NCBI GenBank assembly: GCA_038245905.1
Contig: JBBRRY010000019.1
Location: 9,072 to 73,071, forward strand
Source of the DNA: Thermoanaerobaculia bacterium
GTDB lineage: Bacteria > Acidobacteriota > Thermoanaerobaculia > UBA5066
DNA: 64,000 bases
Reading direction: 5' to 3'
The translations under genes and the position numbers were made by a program. The number at the start of each line of letters is the position of its first letter. Positions within the stretch are counted from its first letter, which is position 1. This document shows, piece after piece, positions 1 through 9,871 of the stretch. The notes beneath the pieces were generated by a model. The model had not been told where the DNA came from. It worked only from the letters and a program-made list of their open reading frames with translations, and did not search any database.

Positions 1-148
1 TCCTGTCCAGCCGCCGCGAGAGAGCGCGTCTCCGCCCCGGTCAGGCGCGCGACGAGAAGGACCGCCGCAATGAGACAGGCGAGCGCGAGAACCATCGAGA
101 AACGGCGCACGACGACCACGTCAAATACTTTACGCCTTACGCTCGTCC

Positions 149-1075
149 TCAGCGATCGCGCCCGGCCGCGAACATCGCCAGCCCCGCCAGGAGCCCCGAG
201 TCGCCCTCGAGGTCCCGGGCGGCTTCCCGTGCGGCGCCAAGCGCGAGGTCGCGCTCCTGAAACGCGCCCGCCAGGCCGAAGACCGACGGATACGTGAGCT
301 TTTCCTGGACGGAGTCTTTTCCCGCGGTCTTGCCGAGAGTCTCGGACGTCTGCGTGACGTCGAGAATGTCGTCGGCGATCTGGAAGAGGAGCCCGAGCGC
401 GTCCCCGTAAAGGGAAACGCCGCGGAGCCGGCCCGCGTCCGCTCCCGCGTGAAGGGCTCCGAGCTCGAGGGCCAGCCGGATGAGCCGGCCTGTCTTCAAG
501 GCATGAATGCGCCGAAGGTGCATCGCGCGCTCCGCCGCCGGAATCTCGACCCCCGCCGCCCCGAGGTCCAGGGCCTGGCCACCGGCCATGCCGAGGACGC
601 CGATCGCGCGCGCCGTGCGGGCGACCGCGTCGGACCGCCGGGCCCCGCACGCATCTCCGGAAGGCCGCGTCGCGAGAAGCTCGAAACCGAGCGTCTGCAG
701 CGCGTCGCCCGCGAGAAGGGCGGTGGCCTCGCCGAAGACGACGTGGCACGTGGCCCTCCCCCGGCGGAGCGCGTCGTCGTCCATGCACGGGAGGTCGTCG
801 TGGATGAGCGAATAGGTGTGGAGAAGCTCGAGCGCGACGGCCGCCTCAATCGCGTCGCCGGGAAGCCGCTCCGGCCCGGCGGACTCCGCGCCCGCGAGGA
901 AGAGCAGCGGCCTGAGGCGTTTCCCGCCCGCGAGCACGCTGTACCGCATCGCGGCCACGAGGGCCCTGGGCTCGGCACCCTCGGCGGGCAGGACGGCGCG
1001 GAGCGCGGCCTCGACCTCAGGGCGGCGGCCTTCGAGGGTCGCCGGCAGGCCGGCCGCGCTCCTCACGTCCGCCAT
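149..1075 (-). CDS. ispA: Polyprenyl (farnesyl/geranylgeranyl) diphosphate synthase
   Basis: GGKRLRP, LIHDDLPCMDDDALRRG and FQIADDILD motifs; follows xseB as usual. Confidence 0.93.
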   Translation of the reverse strand: MADVRSAAGLPATLEGRRPEVEAALRAVLPAEGAEPRALVAAMRYSVLAGGKRLRPLLFLAGAESAGPERLPGDAIEAAVALELLHTYSLIHDDLPCMDDDALRRGRATCHVVFGEATALLAGDALQTLGFELLATRPSGDACGARRSDAVARTARAIGVLGMAGGQALDLGAAGVEIPAAERAMHLRRIHALKTGRLIRLALELGALHAGADAGRLRGVSLYGDALGLLFQIADDILDVTQTSETLGKTAGKDSVQEKLTYPSVFGLAGAFQERDLALGAAREAARDLEGDSGLLAGLAMFAAGRDR

Positions 1076-1077
1076 CG

Positions 1078-1350
1078 TCAGGGTTCGTCCCCGTCGAGTT
1101 CGTCGCTCTTGTCCTCGAGAGGCTCCGTCACGAGGGCGTCGGCTGTCTCTTTCAGGACGACGTCGACGCGCTTCTGGATCTCGTCGATCTTCGACCGGCA
1201 GAATCGAGACAGCGAGACGCCCTCTTCGAAAAGCTCGAGGCTCGACTCGAGGCCCTTCTCGGGGTCGTCGAGCCCGGCGACGATCTCCTGGAGGCGCTCG
1301 AGCGCTTTCTCGAACGAAAGGTTCTTCGAAAGGGTCTTGGTCTTTGTCAT
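1078..1350 (-). CDS. xseB: Exodeoxyribonuclease VII small subunit
   Basis: SFEKALERLQEIV...LESSLELFEEGVSLSRFC; lies between xseA and ispA. Confidence 0.95.
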   Translation of the reverse strand: MTKTKTLSKNLSFEKALERLQEIVAGLDDPEKGLESSLELFEEGVSLSRFCRSKIDEIQKRVDVVLKETADALVTEPLEDKSDELDGDEP

Positions 1351-2789
1351 TCGATCTCCGTCGAGAGGACGCGGGCGGTCGCCCGCCCCCGGGCGAGTCG
1401 GAGGCGCACGGCGTCTCCCGTTTTCAGCGTCGAGGCGTCGGTCACCGGCGTCGTCTCCCCGTCCTTCGTCAGGATCGAATAGCCCCGCGCGAGGACGCGC
1501 AGCGGGCTCAGGGCCTCGAGTCGCCCGGCGGCGACGCCGAGCTTTTCGTGGGCGGACGCAAGCCGCGCCGCCATCCGGTCGGTAGCCGCCCGCCGCTCCT
1601 GCAGCGCGTGCTCCGCGAGGAACGGAAACGCGGCGCGATCGGGCCAGGCGCGAATGATCTGCTCGAACGAGGAGATTCGGGAGGAAAGAGAAGATGGGAT
1701 GCTGCGAAAGGAAGAAAGGAGGGCGGCCACCGCAGCCGCCGCCGAGGCCCGCTCGCCGCGCACGCGCGAAGGGAACCCTCCGAAGGCCGGTGACGAATCC
1801 AGCCGCGAGAGCTCGATCCGCGCCGCGTTCTCTCTTCCTTTCAGAAGAAATCTCAGACTGCGGTCCGCCGTGCCGAGCCGTTCCTCGAACTGGGCGAGAG
1901 GGCCGACCACAATTTCCGCCGCCTGCGACGGAGTGGCGGCGCGGACGTCGGCCGCGAGGTCCGTCAGTGTGACGTCCGTCTCGTGTCCGACCGCTGAGAC
2001 GACGGGGACGCGCGAGGCCGCGACGGCCCGGACGACGGCCTCGTCGTTGAACGCCGCGAGGTCCTCCTTCGAGCCGCCGCCGCGCGCGACGATCAGGACG
2101 TCCGCGGAGCCCGGCACGCGGGAGAAAGCGCGAATGGCGCGAACGATCTCCCCAGGAGCCGCGGCGCCCTGGACGGAGGCGGGGTAGAGAGTCACGTGGG
2201 CGTTCGGAAACCGGGCGTCCAGCACCTTGAGAATGTCGTGCAGGGCCGCGCCGTGCCGGGAGGTCACGACTCCGATGCGTTGCGGCAGCAGCGGGAGCAG
2301 TCTCTTCTTCGCGACGTCGAACAACCCCTCTGCCTGCAGCCGGGCCTTCAGCTGCTCGAGGGCGAGCTGCAAGGCGCCGATGCCGGAGGGCTGGATTTCG
2401 ATGATCCTGAGCGAAAGCTCGCCGCGCTCCGGGTAGACGTCCGGAGTGCCGCGAGCGAGGACAAGAAGACCTTCTTCGAGTGTAAAGGGAATGCGGCGGT
2501 AGTCGCTCGCGAAGACCTTCACGCGCAGGGTGGCGGCGCCCGATTCATCCTTCAAACAAAAAAAGCAGTGCCCGGACGCAGCCGGCCCCCGGAAACCCGA
2601 GACCTCGCCGCGGACCCATGCGTTCGGGAGGCCCGTGCGGAGCATTCCGTTGATCTGGGAGATGACCTCCGACACGGAGAGAGCCGTCGCATCCGGCCCC
2701 GAATCTCCGAGCGACATCTGGGTCTCGCCAACGCGGCCGGCGGCTACGCGGCGGAGCGTGTACGGGCGCGCGGGGATTCTCGACGACAT
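1347..2789 (-). CDS. xseA: Exodeoxyribonuclease VII large subunit (start may be slightly downstream)
   Basis: WVRGEVSGF, IVARGGGSKEDL, SAVGHETD, RAATPS and LSPLRVLARGYS motifs. Confidence 0.95.
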   Translation of the reverse strand: MSSRIPARPYTLRRVAAGRVGETQMSLGDSGPDATALSVSEVISQINGMLRTGLPNAWVRGEVSGFRGPAASGHCFFCLKDESGAATLRVKVFASDYRRIPFTLEEGLLVLARGTPDVYPERGELSLRIIEIQPSGIGALQLALEQLKARLQAEGLFDVAKKRLLPLLPQRIGVVTSRHGAALHDILKVLDARFPNAHVTLYPASVQGAAAPGEIVRAIRAFSRVPGSADVLIVARGGGSKEDLAAFNDEAVVRAVAASRVPVVSAVGHETDVTLTDLAADVRAATPSQAAEIVVGPLAQFEERLGTADRSLRFLLKGRENAARIELSRLDSSPAFGGFPSRVRGERASAAAAVAALLSSFRSIPSSLSSRISSFEQIIRAWPDRAAFPFLAEHALQERRAATDRMAARLASAHEKLGVAAGRLEALSPLRVLARGYSILTKDGETTPVTDASTLKTGDAVRLRLARGRATARVLSTEIE

Positions 2790-2798
2790 AGGGCGATT

Positions 2799-3953
2799 CT
2801 AGTCGGCGGCCGCCGGACGGGCACGCCCGACGAATGGGATCGTCGCGACGACGAGCGTCGCCATGAGGACCTCGACGTCGCCGAAGTTGTACTCGAACAT
2901 CCCGGCCGCGAACACCCCGGCCATCGCGCCCATCGCGCCCAGCGTGACGCCCCGGAGCGGCTCACCGCGCACGAGGGCGCGCACCTGTCGGAGCGCCGCC
3001 GCGAAGAAAGCGCCCACGAACCAGAGATAGGCGAGCAATGACGGGATCCCCGTCTCGGCGGCGATCATCACGACGTTGTTGTGGAGGTGGCCTGGCCGGG
3101 GCTCCACCCAGCCGCTCACGCGGTAGGCGGGATACAGCGCCTTCACGCGGCTCGGACCGACTCCGAAGAGCGGCCGCTCCCGGATCATCGCGGCGCCGGC
3201 CCTCCACATCGCGACGCGGTCGACCATCGTGACGTCCTTCGGATTCGCGGCAGACATGAGACGTTCGCGTACGGCGAACGGCATGAGGACGAAGAAGAGC
3301 GCGATGACGAACGGCGCGGCGAGGGTGAGGCGCGGGCGCGCGGCCAGGAGAACGACGAAGAACCCGACGGCGAGACCCAGATACGCGCTGCGCGTGAGGG
3401 TCAGCGCGATCGCGCACGCGCCTGCCGCCGCGACGATCGCGTCCGCGAAGCGCGCGATCCGGCCGCCTCCGGAAAGACCCCGGCTGCCGAGAAGCGGCAC
3501 GAACACGAGGAGAAGGCCCGCATATGTCATGTACACGGAGAGCCCGCCTGCCACGCGCAAGTCGAGGTTGTCGGCGCCCGCGAGCCACTCGACGAGACCG
3601 CGCAGCACGAGGTAGAGGGCGGTCGTCCGCCAGAGGTCGACGACGAGACGCACGTCGTGCTCGTCGTCCAGCAGCGCGGCCACGAAGACGACGAGGAGAA
3701 ACGTCCCGAATCCCTTGATCTGGATGAAGGAGCGGGAGGGAAGCGTCGAGAACGCGCACGACAGGATCGAGAGCAGCACGAACGCGCCGATGGGGGCATG
3801 GAGGGGGGTCGTGCGCCGGAACGGGCCGAGGAAGTCCTCTCCGCGCGCGCGGGCCGAGAGACGCCACGCGAGCGTGCAGAACAGGGTCGCTCCGAGACAG
3901 ATGTTCGCGACGCCGATGCCGGGGACGCACCCCACACCGAGAAGGAAGAACAC
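2799..3953 (-). CDS. O-antigen ligase/Wzy_C family membrane protein (true start probably ~50 nt upstream)
   Basis: Multi-TM protein with TLTRSAYLG, R..MW, PLFGVG and HLHNN motifs. Confidence 0.85.
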   Translation of the reverse strand: MFFLLGVGCVPGIGVANICLGATLFCTLAWRLSARARGEDFLGPFRRTTPLHAPIGAFVLLSILSCAFSTLPSRSFIQIKGFGTFLLVVFVAALLDDEHDVRLVVDLWRTTALYLVLRGLVEWLAGADNLDLRVAGGLSVYMTYAGLLLVFVPLLGSRGLSGGGRIARFADAIVAAAGACAIALTLTRSAYLGLAVGFFVVLLAARPRLTLAAPFVIALFFVLMPFAVRERLMSAANPKDVTMVDRVAMWRAGAAMIRERPLFGVGPSRVKALYPAYRVSGWVEPRPGHLHNNVVMIAAETGIPSLLAYLWFVGAFFAAALRQVRALVRGEPLRGVTLGAMGAMAGVFAAGMFEYNFGDVEVLMATLVVATIPFVGRARPAAAD

Positions 3954-4017
3954 GAAGGCCGCGCGCTCCCAGCCTCTTCGGCGCGTGATCGGTTCGGGAA
4001 GGAGCTTCAGGGGAGGA

Positions 4018-4275
4018 TCAGGCTATCCGGGCGTCCGCCGGAAGAGCCTCCTCGACGAGCATGACCGGGATGTCTGAAACGATCGGGTAGACGCGCCCGC
4101 ACGCCGCGCACGAAAGCCCTTCGGTCACGACGGGCTCTTCGTCCTTCAGGCTCTCGCGGTACTTCTCGACGACGGCTTTCGCGACGTCGGCCTTCAGCGA
4201 GCAGAGAGTCACCGGCGGCCGCGCGTCGCAGGCGGGGCACGCGAGGATGTCGAGGAGTTCCTTGTCGACGGCCAT
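4018..4275 (-). CDS. Trm112-like (YcaR/UPF0434) protein
   Basis: LLDILACPAC...CAACGRVYPIVSDIPVML. Confidence 0.85.
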   Translation of the reverse strand: MAVDKELLDILACPACDARPPVTLCSLKADVAKAVVEKYRESLKDEEPVVTEGLSCAACGRVYPIVSDIPVMLVEEALPADARIA

Positions 4276-4304
4276 GCGGCGATCCTAGCAGGATTGCCTC
4301 AGCT

Positions 4305-5099
4305 TCAGCTCGCCAGCTTCTCCTGGATCGACGTGATGGCTCGGGCCTTTCCCGTCGCCTCGTCCACGTCCACGATCGCGCCGCACATGCGGACATCCCG
4401 GGTCGCGGTCTCCATCGAGCGCGGGGTCTGGTAGAGAAATTTCTCGAGGATGGCCTTGGGGTCGAAACCGATGATGCCCTCGTACGCACCGGTCATGCCC
4501 GCGTCGCCCTGATAGGCCGTGCCCTTCGGCAGGATGCGCGCGTCCGCCGTCGGAACGTGGGTGTGCGTGCCGATCACGAGCGATGCCCGGCCGTCGAACC
4601 ACCATCCGATCGCCTGCTTTTCGGAGGTCGCCTCGGCGTGGATATCGACGAGGACGACCTTGAGGTCCGGCCGTTTCGCCTTCATTTCCGCGAGAACCTG
4701 ATCGCCGACGCGGAACGGCGAATCGGTGTTCGCCATGAAGACCTGGCCCTGAAGATTCAGGACGCCCACGGGAATCCCGGACGGCGTGTCCTGGATCGCC
4801 CATCCGCGCCCGGGGTTACCGGGCGGGTAATTCGCGGGGCGCAGCAGGTTCTCGAGGTCGCCGAGGAGCGGCACGAAGTCTTTCTTGTCCCAGATGTGAT
4901 TGCCCGAGGTGAAGACGTCGATCGGCAGCTTCGAGAGGTCCGCGAAGAGCTCGGCCGTCACGCCGAAGCCCCCCGCCGCGTTCTCGATGTTCACGACCGT
5001 GAAGTCGATGTGCTCCCGCCCGATGACTTTTTCGAGAAGAGAAAGCGCCTTGCGGCCAGGCTTTCCCACGACGTCTCCAACAAACAAGAGCTTCATCAA
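4305..5099 (-). CDS. ymdB: YmdB-like metallophosphoesterase (TIGR00282 type)
   Basis: GDVVGKPG, NIENAAGG, SGNHIWD, DIHAEATSEK and GTHTHV motifs; follows rny. Confidence 0.93.
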   Translation of the reverse strand: MMKLLFVGDVVGKPGRKALSLLEKVIGREHIDFTVVNIENAAGGFGVTAELFADLSKLPIDVFTSGNHIWDKKDFVPLLGDLENLLRPANYPPGNPGRGWAIQDTPSGIPVGVLNLQGQVFMANTDSPFRVGDQVLAEMKAKRPDLKVVLVDIHAEATSEKQAIGWWFDGRASLVIGTHTHVPTADARILPKGTAYQGDAGMTGAYEGIIGFDPKAILEKFLYQTPRSMETATRDVRMCGAIVDVDEATGKARAITSIQEKLAS

Positions 5100-5165
5100 C
5101 CGGCCCCGACCCCTCTTATCTTTCTCATTACCCTTCTAAGAAAATCTTCTCTTTTCTCTTCTCTT

Positions 5166-6788
5166 CTATTTAGCAAAATCTACTGCTCTCGTCTCCCGGA
5201 TGACGGTGATTTTGATCTGGCCGGGGTACTGCAGCTCGGCCTCGATGCGCTTCGCGAGATCCTTCGACATCCAGAGGCATTCGTCGTCCGTGATCTTCTT
5301 CGCGTCCACGATGACGCGGAGCTCGCGGCCGGCCTGGATCGCGAACGTCCGCTCGACGCCCTTCATTCCGTCCGTCATCTTCTCGAGCTTCTCGAGGCGC
5401 TTGACGTAGGTCTCGAGGATTTCGCGGCGCGCGCCAGGGCGGGCGGCCGAGATGGCATCCGCCGCGTTCACGAGAACCGCCTCGATCGTCCGCGGCTCGT
5501 AGTCGCCGTGGTGGCACTCCATGCCGTGGATCACCGCCTCGGTCTCGCCGTACTTCTTCAGGATCTGCCGCCCGAGCTCGAGGTGCGTGCCCTCCTGTTC
5601 CCGGTCGATCGCCTTCCCGATGTCGTGCAGAAGGCCCGCGCGCTTCGCGACCGTCACGTCCGCGCCGAGCTCGCTCGCGAGGTGGCACGCGGCCCAGCCG
5701 ACTTCCTTGCTGTGCTGGAGGACGCTCTGCCCGTAGCTCGTCCGGTACTTGAGCCGTCCGAGCATCTTGACGACTTCCGGGTGCAGGTCGGCGATGCCGA
5801 ACTCGAACGCGGCCGCCTCGCCCGTCGTTTTGATGTCCTGCCAGAGCTCCTCACGGACCTTCTCGACGACCTCCTCGATGCGGGCCGGGTGGATGCGCCC
5901 GTCCTGGATGAGGCGCTCGAGGGCGCGGCGCGCGACCTCGCGGCGGATCGGGTCGAACGAGGAGAGGAGGATCGCCTCGGGCGTGTCGTCGATGATGATG
6001 TCGACGCCCGTCGCGGCCTCGACGGCGCGAATGTTCCGGCCCTCGCGCCCAATGATTCGCCCCTTCATGTCGTCCGACGGCAGGTCGAGGACCGAGACGG
6101 TCGTCTCGACGACGTGCTCGGACGCCATGCGCTGAATCGTCATCGAGAGGAGGCGCTTCGCCTTCCAGTTCGCGCTCTCGACGGCGTCCTCCTCGATGCG
6201 GCGGACGAGGCCCGTCGCCTCGAGCCGCGCCTCGTTCTCGAGCTCGCGGATGAGGTCCCGCTTGGCCTGCTCGGCCGTCAGGCCCGCGATCTTCTCGAGC
6301 TTCTCGTGCTGCTCCTGAATCGCGGCTTCGGCCTTCTTCTCGGCCTCGGTTTCGATCTCCTCGAGGCGCTTCTCGCGCTTCGACAGGTTCTGGGCGCGGT
6401 TCTCGGAGTCCAGCTCGCGCTTCTCGGCGTTGACGATCTTCTTGTCGAGGGATTCTTCCTTCTGAAGAAGCCGCTTCTCCTGGTCCAGGAGCTCGGCCCT
6501 GCGTTTGACGGCCTCCTGTTCGGCAGTTTCACGAGCCTTGAGCGCCCGCTCTTTCGCGTCGAGCTCGGTCTTCTGGGCGGAGGCTTCGGCGCGGCGCACG
6601 GCGGCCTCCGCGGCGAGCTTCGCCTCCTCGAGCTTCTTGCGGGCCTCGAGCTCGGCTTCGGCCATCGCGATGGAGGCCGTTCCCCGGGTTTTCAGGGCCC
6701 AGATGAGGATGCCCACGGCGAGTGCCGCGAGCACGACCTCTAAGGCAATAATTTGAATGGAGTTCACGGGTCGGTCCCCCTCGATCAA
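5166..6788 (-). CDS. rny: Ribonuclease Y
   Basis: N-terminal TM and coiled coil, KH domain (KGRIIGREGRNIR), HD domain (GLLHDIGK), AIQAGRELRV. Confidence 0.97.
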   Translation of the reverse strand: MIEGDRPVNSIQIIALEVVLAALAVGILIWALKTRGTASIAMAEAELEARKKLEEAKLAAEAAVRRAEASAQKTELDAKERALKARETAEQEAVKRRAELLDQEKRLLQKEESLDKKIVNAEKRELDSENRAQNLSKREKRLEEIETEAEKKAEAAIQEQHEKLEKIAGLTAEQAKRDLIRELENEARLEATGLVRRIEEDAVESANWKAKRLLSMTIQRMASEHVVETTVSVLDLPSDDMKGRIIGREGRNIRAVEAATGVDIIIDDTPEAILLSSFDPIRREVARRALERLIQDGRIHPARIEEVVEKVREELWQDIKTTGEAAAFEFGIADLHPEVVKMLGRLKYRTSYGQSVLQHSKEVGWAACHLASELGADVTVAKRAGLLHDIGKAIDREQEGTHLELGRQILKKYGETEAVIHGMECHHGDYEPRTIEAVLVNAADAISAARPGARREILETYVKRLEKLEKMTDGMKGVERTFAIQAGRELRVIVDAKKITDDECLWMSKDLAKRIEAELQYPGQIKITVIRETRAVDFAK

Positions 6789-6863
6789 TCAATTTTTCGA
6801 GGGTGAGCCGGGTCGAACGCTAGACGAGCTCCCGAAAGCGTCTCTCGATGCGAGCAAAGGAAA

Positions 6864-7042
6864 GGCGCCCCGCCTCGGCCGTGTGGGAAAAGTCGATTGA
6901 ACCCATCAAAAGACAGGGGGAATCCCCGGGGCAGACCATTAGTTCCCCCGAAGGGGCGTCACAGGACGGCCCGTGTGCGGTGATTCCACGATAGAAATAT
7001 CGGTTCAAAGACATATCCCATTCACGCACCGCGCAGGGTGCC
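6864..7042 (-). ncRNA. ssrS: 6S RNA
   Basis: ~180 nt rod: closing stem GGCACCCTGC/GCGGGGCGCC, paired TTGAACC/GGTTCAA flanking a central bubble; canonical position between zapA and rny. Confidence 0.85.
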
Positions 7043-7390
7043 AATCGATTCGCTGCCGGCCCTCGCCGGAATGACCCGAGGAGACGATTTCAGGAGCTCG
7101 TCGAGTTTTTCGACGAGGCGTGTCGCGCGCTTCGCGGCATGCCCCGGATCACCCTCGGAGCCTGACTTGGAACGAAACTGGTGAAATTCGTCCGAGATGT
7201 TGAGTGCCGTCAGGATGGCGATCTTGGCAGCGTCCACCGTCGGTGCGTGCTCGGAGACCTCGCGCATCTTCTTGTCGACGAACTCCGCGAGCTCCCGGAT
7301 ATACGCGGGATCACCCGCTGCCCGGACGGAGTACGTCTGGCCGAAGATCTCCACTTGCGTGACGGACGGTCTGGGCGCCATTTTTCTCAC
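7022..7390 (-). CDS. zapA: Cell division protein ZapA
   Basis: VEIFGQTYSV...YIRELAEFVDKKMREV...KIAILTALNISDE. Confidence 0.92.
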   Translation of the reverse strand: MRKMAPRPSVTQVEIFGQTYSVRAAGDPAYIRELAEFVDKKMREVSEHAPTVDAAKIAILTALNISDEFHQFRSKSGSEGDPGHAAKRATRLVEKLDELLKSSPRVIPARAGSESIGTLRGA

Positions 7391-7433
7391 GCGGCGACCG
7401 GTTCGCGCCGCGTCCCGAGAATAACACGCGGGG

Positions 7434-7727
7434 TCAGGCCGGACGGCTGGTCGCGTTCGACTCTTCGAGCGTCTTCAGGAGGCCCTCGATGCGTGCCCGG
7501 ACGGCGGCTCGATCCGCCTCGTGCTTCTGCAGGGCCGCGACGGCTCCGCCATTCTTCTCGCTCGCCTCGCGTGCCGACGCGAGCTCGATCTTCAGGCGCG
7601 CGTTCTCCCCGGAGAGTCCCTTCACGACCTCCACGAGCGATTCCACCCGCGACTCGATTGCGTCGAGGACCTCGTCGAGAGAGTGCGATTCCGTCTTGCC
7701 TTCGCTGCGGCCCCTGGTCTCTTTCAC
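7434..7727 (-). CDS. zapB: ZapB-like coiled-coil protein
   Basis: Short coiled coil ending VRARIEGLL, between pheT and zapA. Confidence 0.65.
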   Translation of the reverse strand: MKETRGRSEGKTESHSLDEVLDAIESRVESLVEVVKGLSGENARLKIELASAREASEKNGGAVAALQKHEADRAAVRARIEGLLKTLEESNATSRPA

Positions 7728-7737
7728 ATGGTCCTCC

Positions 7738-9870
7738 TCAAGCTTCTTCCTTCACGCCGTCCACCTTAGCCCCGGGTAGCGCTCGGAGGCGCCGCACCGC
7801 CGCGTCCCGCCACGCGTTCACGTCGTCTCGAGCGAGCGAGCGCTGCGGCGAGCCGAAGCGGAGCGTCAGGGTCGTCTTTATGAATCCGTCCGGGACGCCG
7901 GGGCCGCGGTAGCGGCCCTTCGCCTCGACCGCGACGAGCTCCGCGGGCGCACCGCCCCGGACCGCTCCCTCGAGCGCGCTCCACGAGGTCGCGAGCGGAT
8001 GGGCCACGGTGAGATCCATCTCGCTGCCGGGAAACTTCGACGGCGGCTCGACGGACGTCTCGACAGGCGGCAGCGCGGCCGCGAGAACGCCGAGGTCGAG
8101 GTCGGCGACAACGGAATCGGTCAGGTCCCAGGAAGCGGCGAGGGCCGGCTCGAGGACGCCGACCCAGCCGGCAGGGACTCCCCCGACCTCGATCGACGCG
8201 GCGCGCCCGGGAGCAAGGAAGGAGAAGAGAAGACTTTCTTTGAAGGTGAAGAGGGCCGGAGGCTCACCCAAGCCAAGTCCTCTCATCAGAGCCGCGGCAA
8301 TTCCCGCCCCTTCGAAGAAATCCGAATTCGCCGCCTCCGCCTGCGACCAGTGGCGGCTTCTGGCGCCAGCGAGGAGGATACCGACTCTTGCTCTCTCGGA
8401 GACTCTCCCATCCCCTCTTGTCTTCTCCTCAGCAGAAATCTTCTCCGGATTCCAGCCGAAGGCCGTTCCGACCTCGAAGAGCGCGAGGTCGCTCTGGCCG
8501 CGCCGCACGTTGTGCTGCGCGCTCTGGAGAAGCCCGATGACGGGCGTCGCGCGCATCGTCGTGAACGGCTCTCCGAGAGCGTTCTCGACGACGACCGGCG
8601 CCCCGGGGGCGGCGGACTCGAACGGGAGATTCTCCGAGGCCGCCACGAACGAGTAGGTCTGGCATTCGAAGAGCCCGAGCCCGGCGAGGAGATCGCGCGC
8701 GCGATCGGGGACGAGAGCCGACGGCCGGGGACGCGCCGGGGCGTAGGGACGCGGCAGCGTCTCGGGCAACCGGTCGTACCCCTCGCAGCGGATGACTTCC
8801 TCGATGAGGTCTTCCTCGCAGGTGATGTCGACGCGCCACGATGGGACCGTCACGCGGACTCGATCGCCCTCGCGGGCCGGAGAGAAGCCGAGCGCGGCGA
8901 GGATCTCGAGGACGCGCGCCGCGGGAATGTCCAATCCGAGGAACGCCGTGAGGCGGGAGAGGCGAAGCTTCTGCGTGGGCGCTGCGGGCTCGTTCGCGCG
9001 GGCGTCGATCGTTCCCTTGCAGAGCGTGCCCCCCGAGTCCCCGAGGATGAGGCGCGCGGCCCGGTCGAGCCCGTCGCGCGTCGCCTCGAGGTCCGCCCCT
9101 CGTTCGAAGCGGTGAGAGGCGTCCGTATGCATCCCCAGGGAGCGCGCTGTCTTACGGACGGCGCCCGGGTGAAAGTGCGCGCTCTCGAGGAGGATGCGCG
9201 TCGTCTTCTCCGAGATCGCCGTCGCGAGTCCCCCCATGACGCCCGCGAGCGCGACGGGCCTCTCGGCGTCCGCAATCACGAGGTGCTGCGGCGTGAGCTT
9301 CCGCAGGGCGCCATCGAGCGTCACGAGCGTCTCCCCCGCCCTCGCCCGCCGTACGACGATCGTCGGGAGGCCGTCGTCCCCGTTCGCGAGCGTGTCGAGG
9401 TCGAAGGCGTGAAGCGGCTGCCCGATGTCCCAGAGCACGTGGTTCGTGGCGTCCACCGGCGCCGAGATCGCTCCCGAGCCCAGCGCGGCCAGGCGTTCGC
9501 GCACGGCGGCCGAAGCGGGTCCTACGCGGATCCCCTCGATCACCCGCGCGGAGTATCGCGCGCAGAGAGTTGGCTCCTCGACGAAGACACGCGCCCGCGC
9601 ATCAGCAGGCGTCGCTCCTTCATGCAGCGGCGGGGCAGCCGGCTCGGCGAACGCGCGGCCGAGCGCGACGGCCGCTTCGCGCGCGAGGCCCCTGTGATTC
9701 ATGGCGTCCGGACGGTTCGCCGTGATCTCGACGTCGTAGACCGTCGACGCGCCCTCGCCCTCGACTCCCTCCACGATGAAACCGACGGCCGTCAGACGCT
9801 CACCGAGCGCCTTCGGGTCCGGCGGCGGGCCCGGAAGGTACGAGGCGATCCAGGCATACGAGAACTTCAC
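7738..9870 (-). CDS. pheT: Phenylalanine-tRNA ligase beta subunit (short form)
   Basis: GTG start at 9870 just after the pheS stop (VKFSYAWI); EITANRPD, GQPLHAFD, HRFERG and VPSWRVD motifs. Confidence 0.95.
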   Translation of the reverse strand: MKFSYAWIASYLPGPPPDPKALGERLTAVGFIVEGVEGEGASTVYDVEITANRPDAMNHRGLAREAAVALGRAFAEPAAPPLHEGATPADARARVFVEEPTLCARYSARVIEGIRVGPASAAVRERLAALGSGAISAPVDATNHVLWDIGQPLHAFDLDTLANGDDGLPTIVVRRARAGETLVTLDGALRKLTPQHLVIADAERPVALAGVMGGLATAISEKTTRILLESAHFHPGAVRKTARSLGMHTDASHRFERGADLEATRDGLDRAARLILGDSGGTLCKGTIDARANEPAAPTQKLRLSRLTAFLGLDIPAARVLEILAALGFSPAREGDRVRVTVPSWRVDITCEEDLIEEVIRCEGYDRLPETLPRPYAPARPRPSALVPDRARDLLAGLGLFECQTYSFVAASENLPFESAAPGAPVVVENALGEPFTTMRATPVIGLLQSAQHNVRRGQSDLALFEVGTAFGWNPEKISAEEKTRGDGRVSERARVGILLAGARSRHWSQAEAANSDFFEGAGIAAALMRGLGLGEPPALFTFKESLLFSFLAPGRAASIEVGGVPAGWVGVLEPALAASWDLTDSVVADLDLGVLAAALPPVETSVEPPSKFPGSEMDLTVAHPLATSWSALEGAVRGGAPAELVAVEAKGRYRGPGVPDGFIKTTLTLRFGSPQRSLARDDVNAWRDAAVRRLRALPGAKVDGVKEEA

Positions 9871-9871
9871 C

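Noticed and set aside
1-148. Possible start of a minus-strand gene running off the left edge (signal-peptide-like LALACLIAAVLLVARL)
   Set aside because: That frame has an upstream TGA and no clear start codon; too little sequence to call
4557-6743. 728-aa plus-strand ORF
   Set aside because: Antisense shadow of rny/ymdB, typical of high-GC DNA; no motifs
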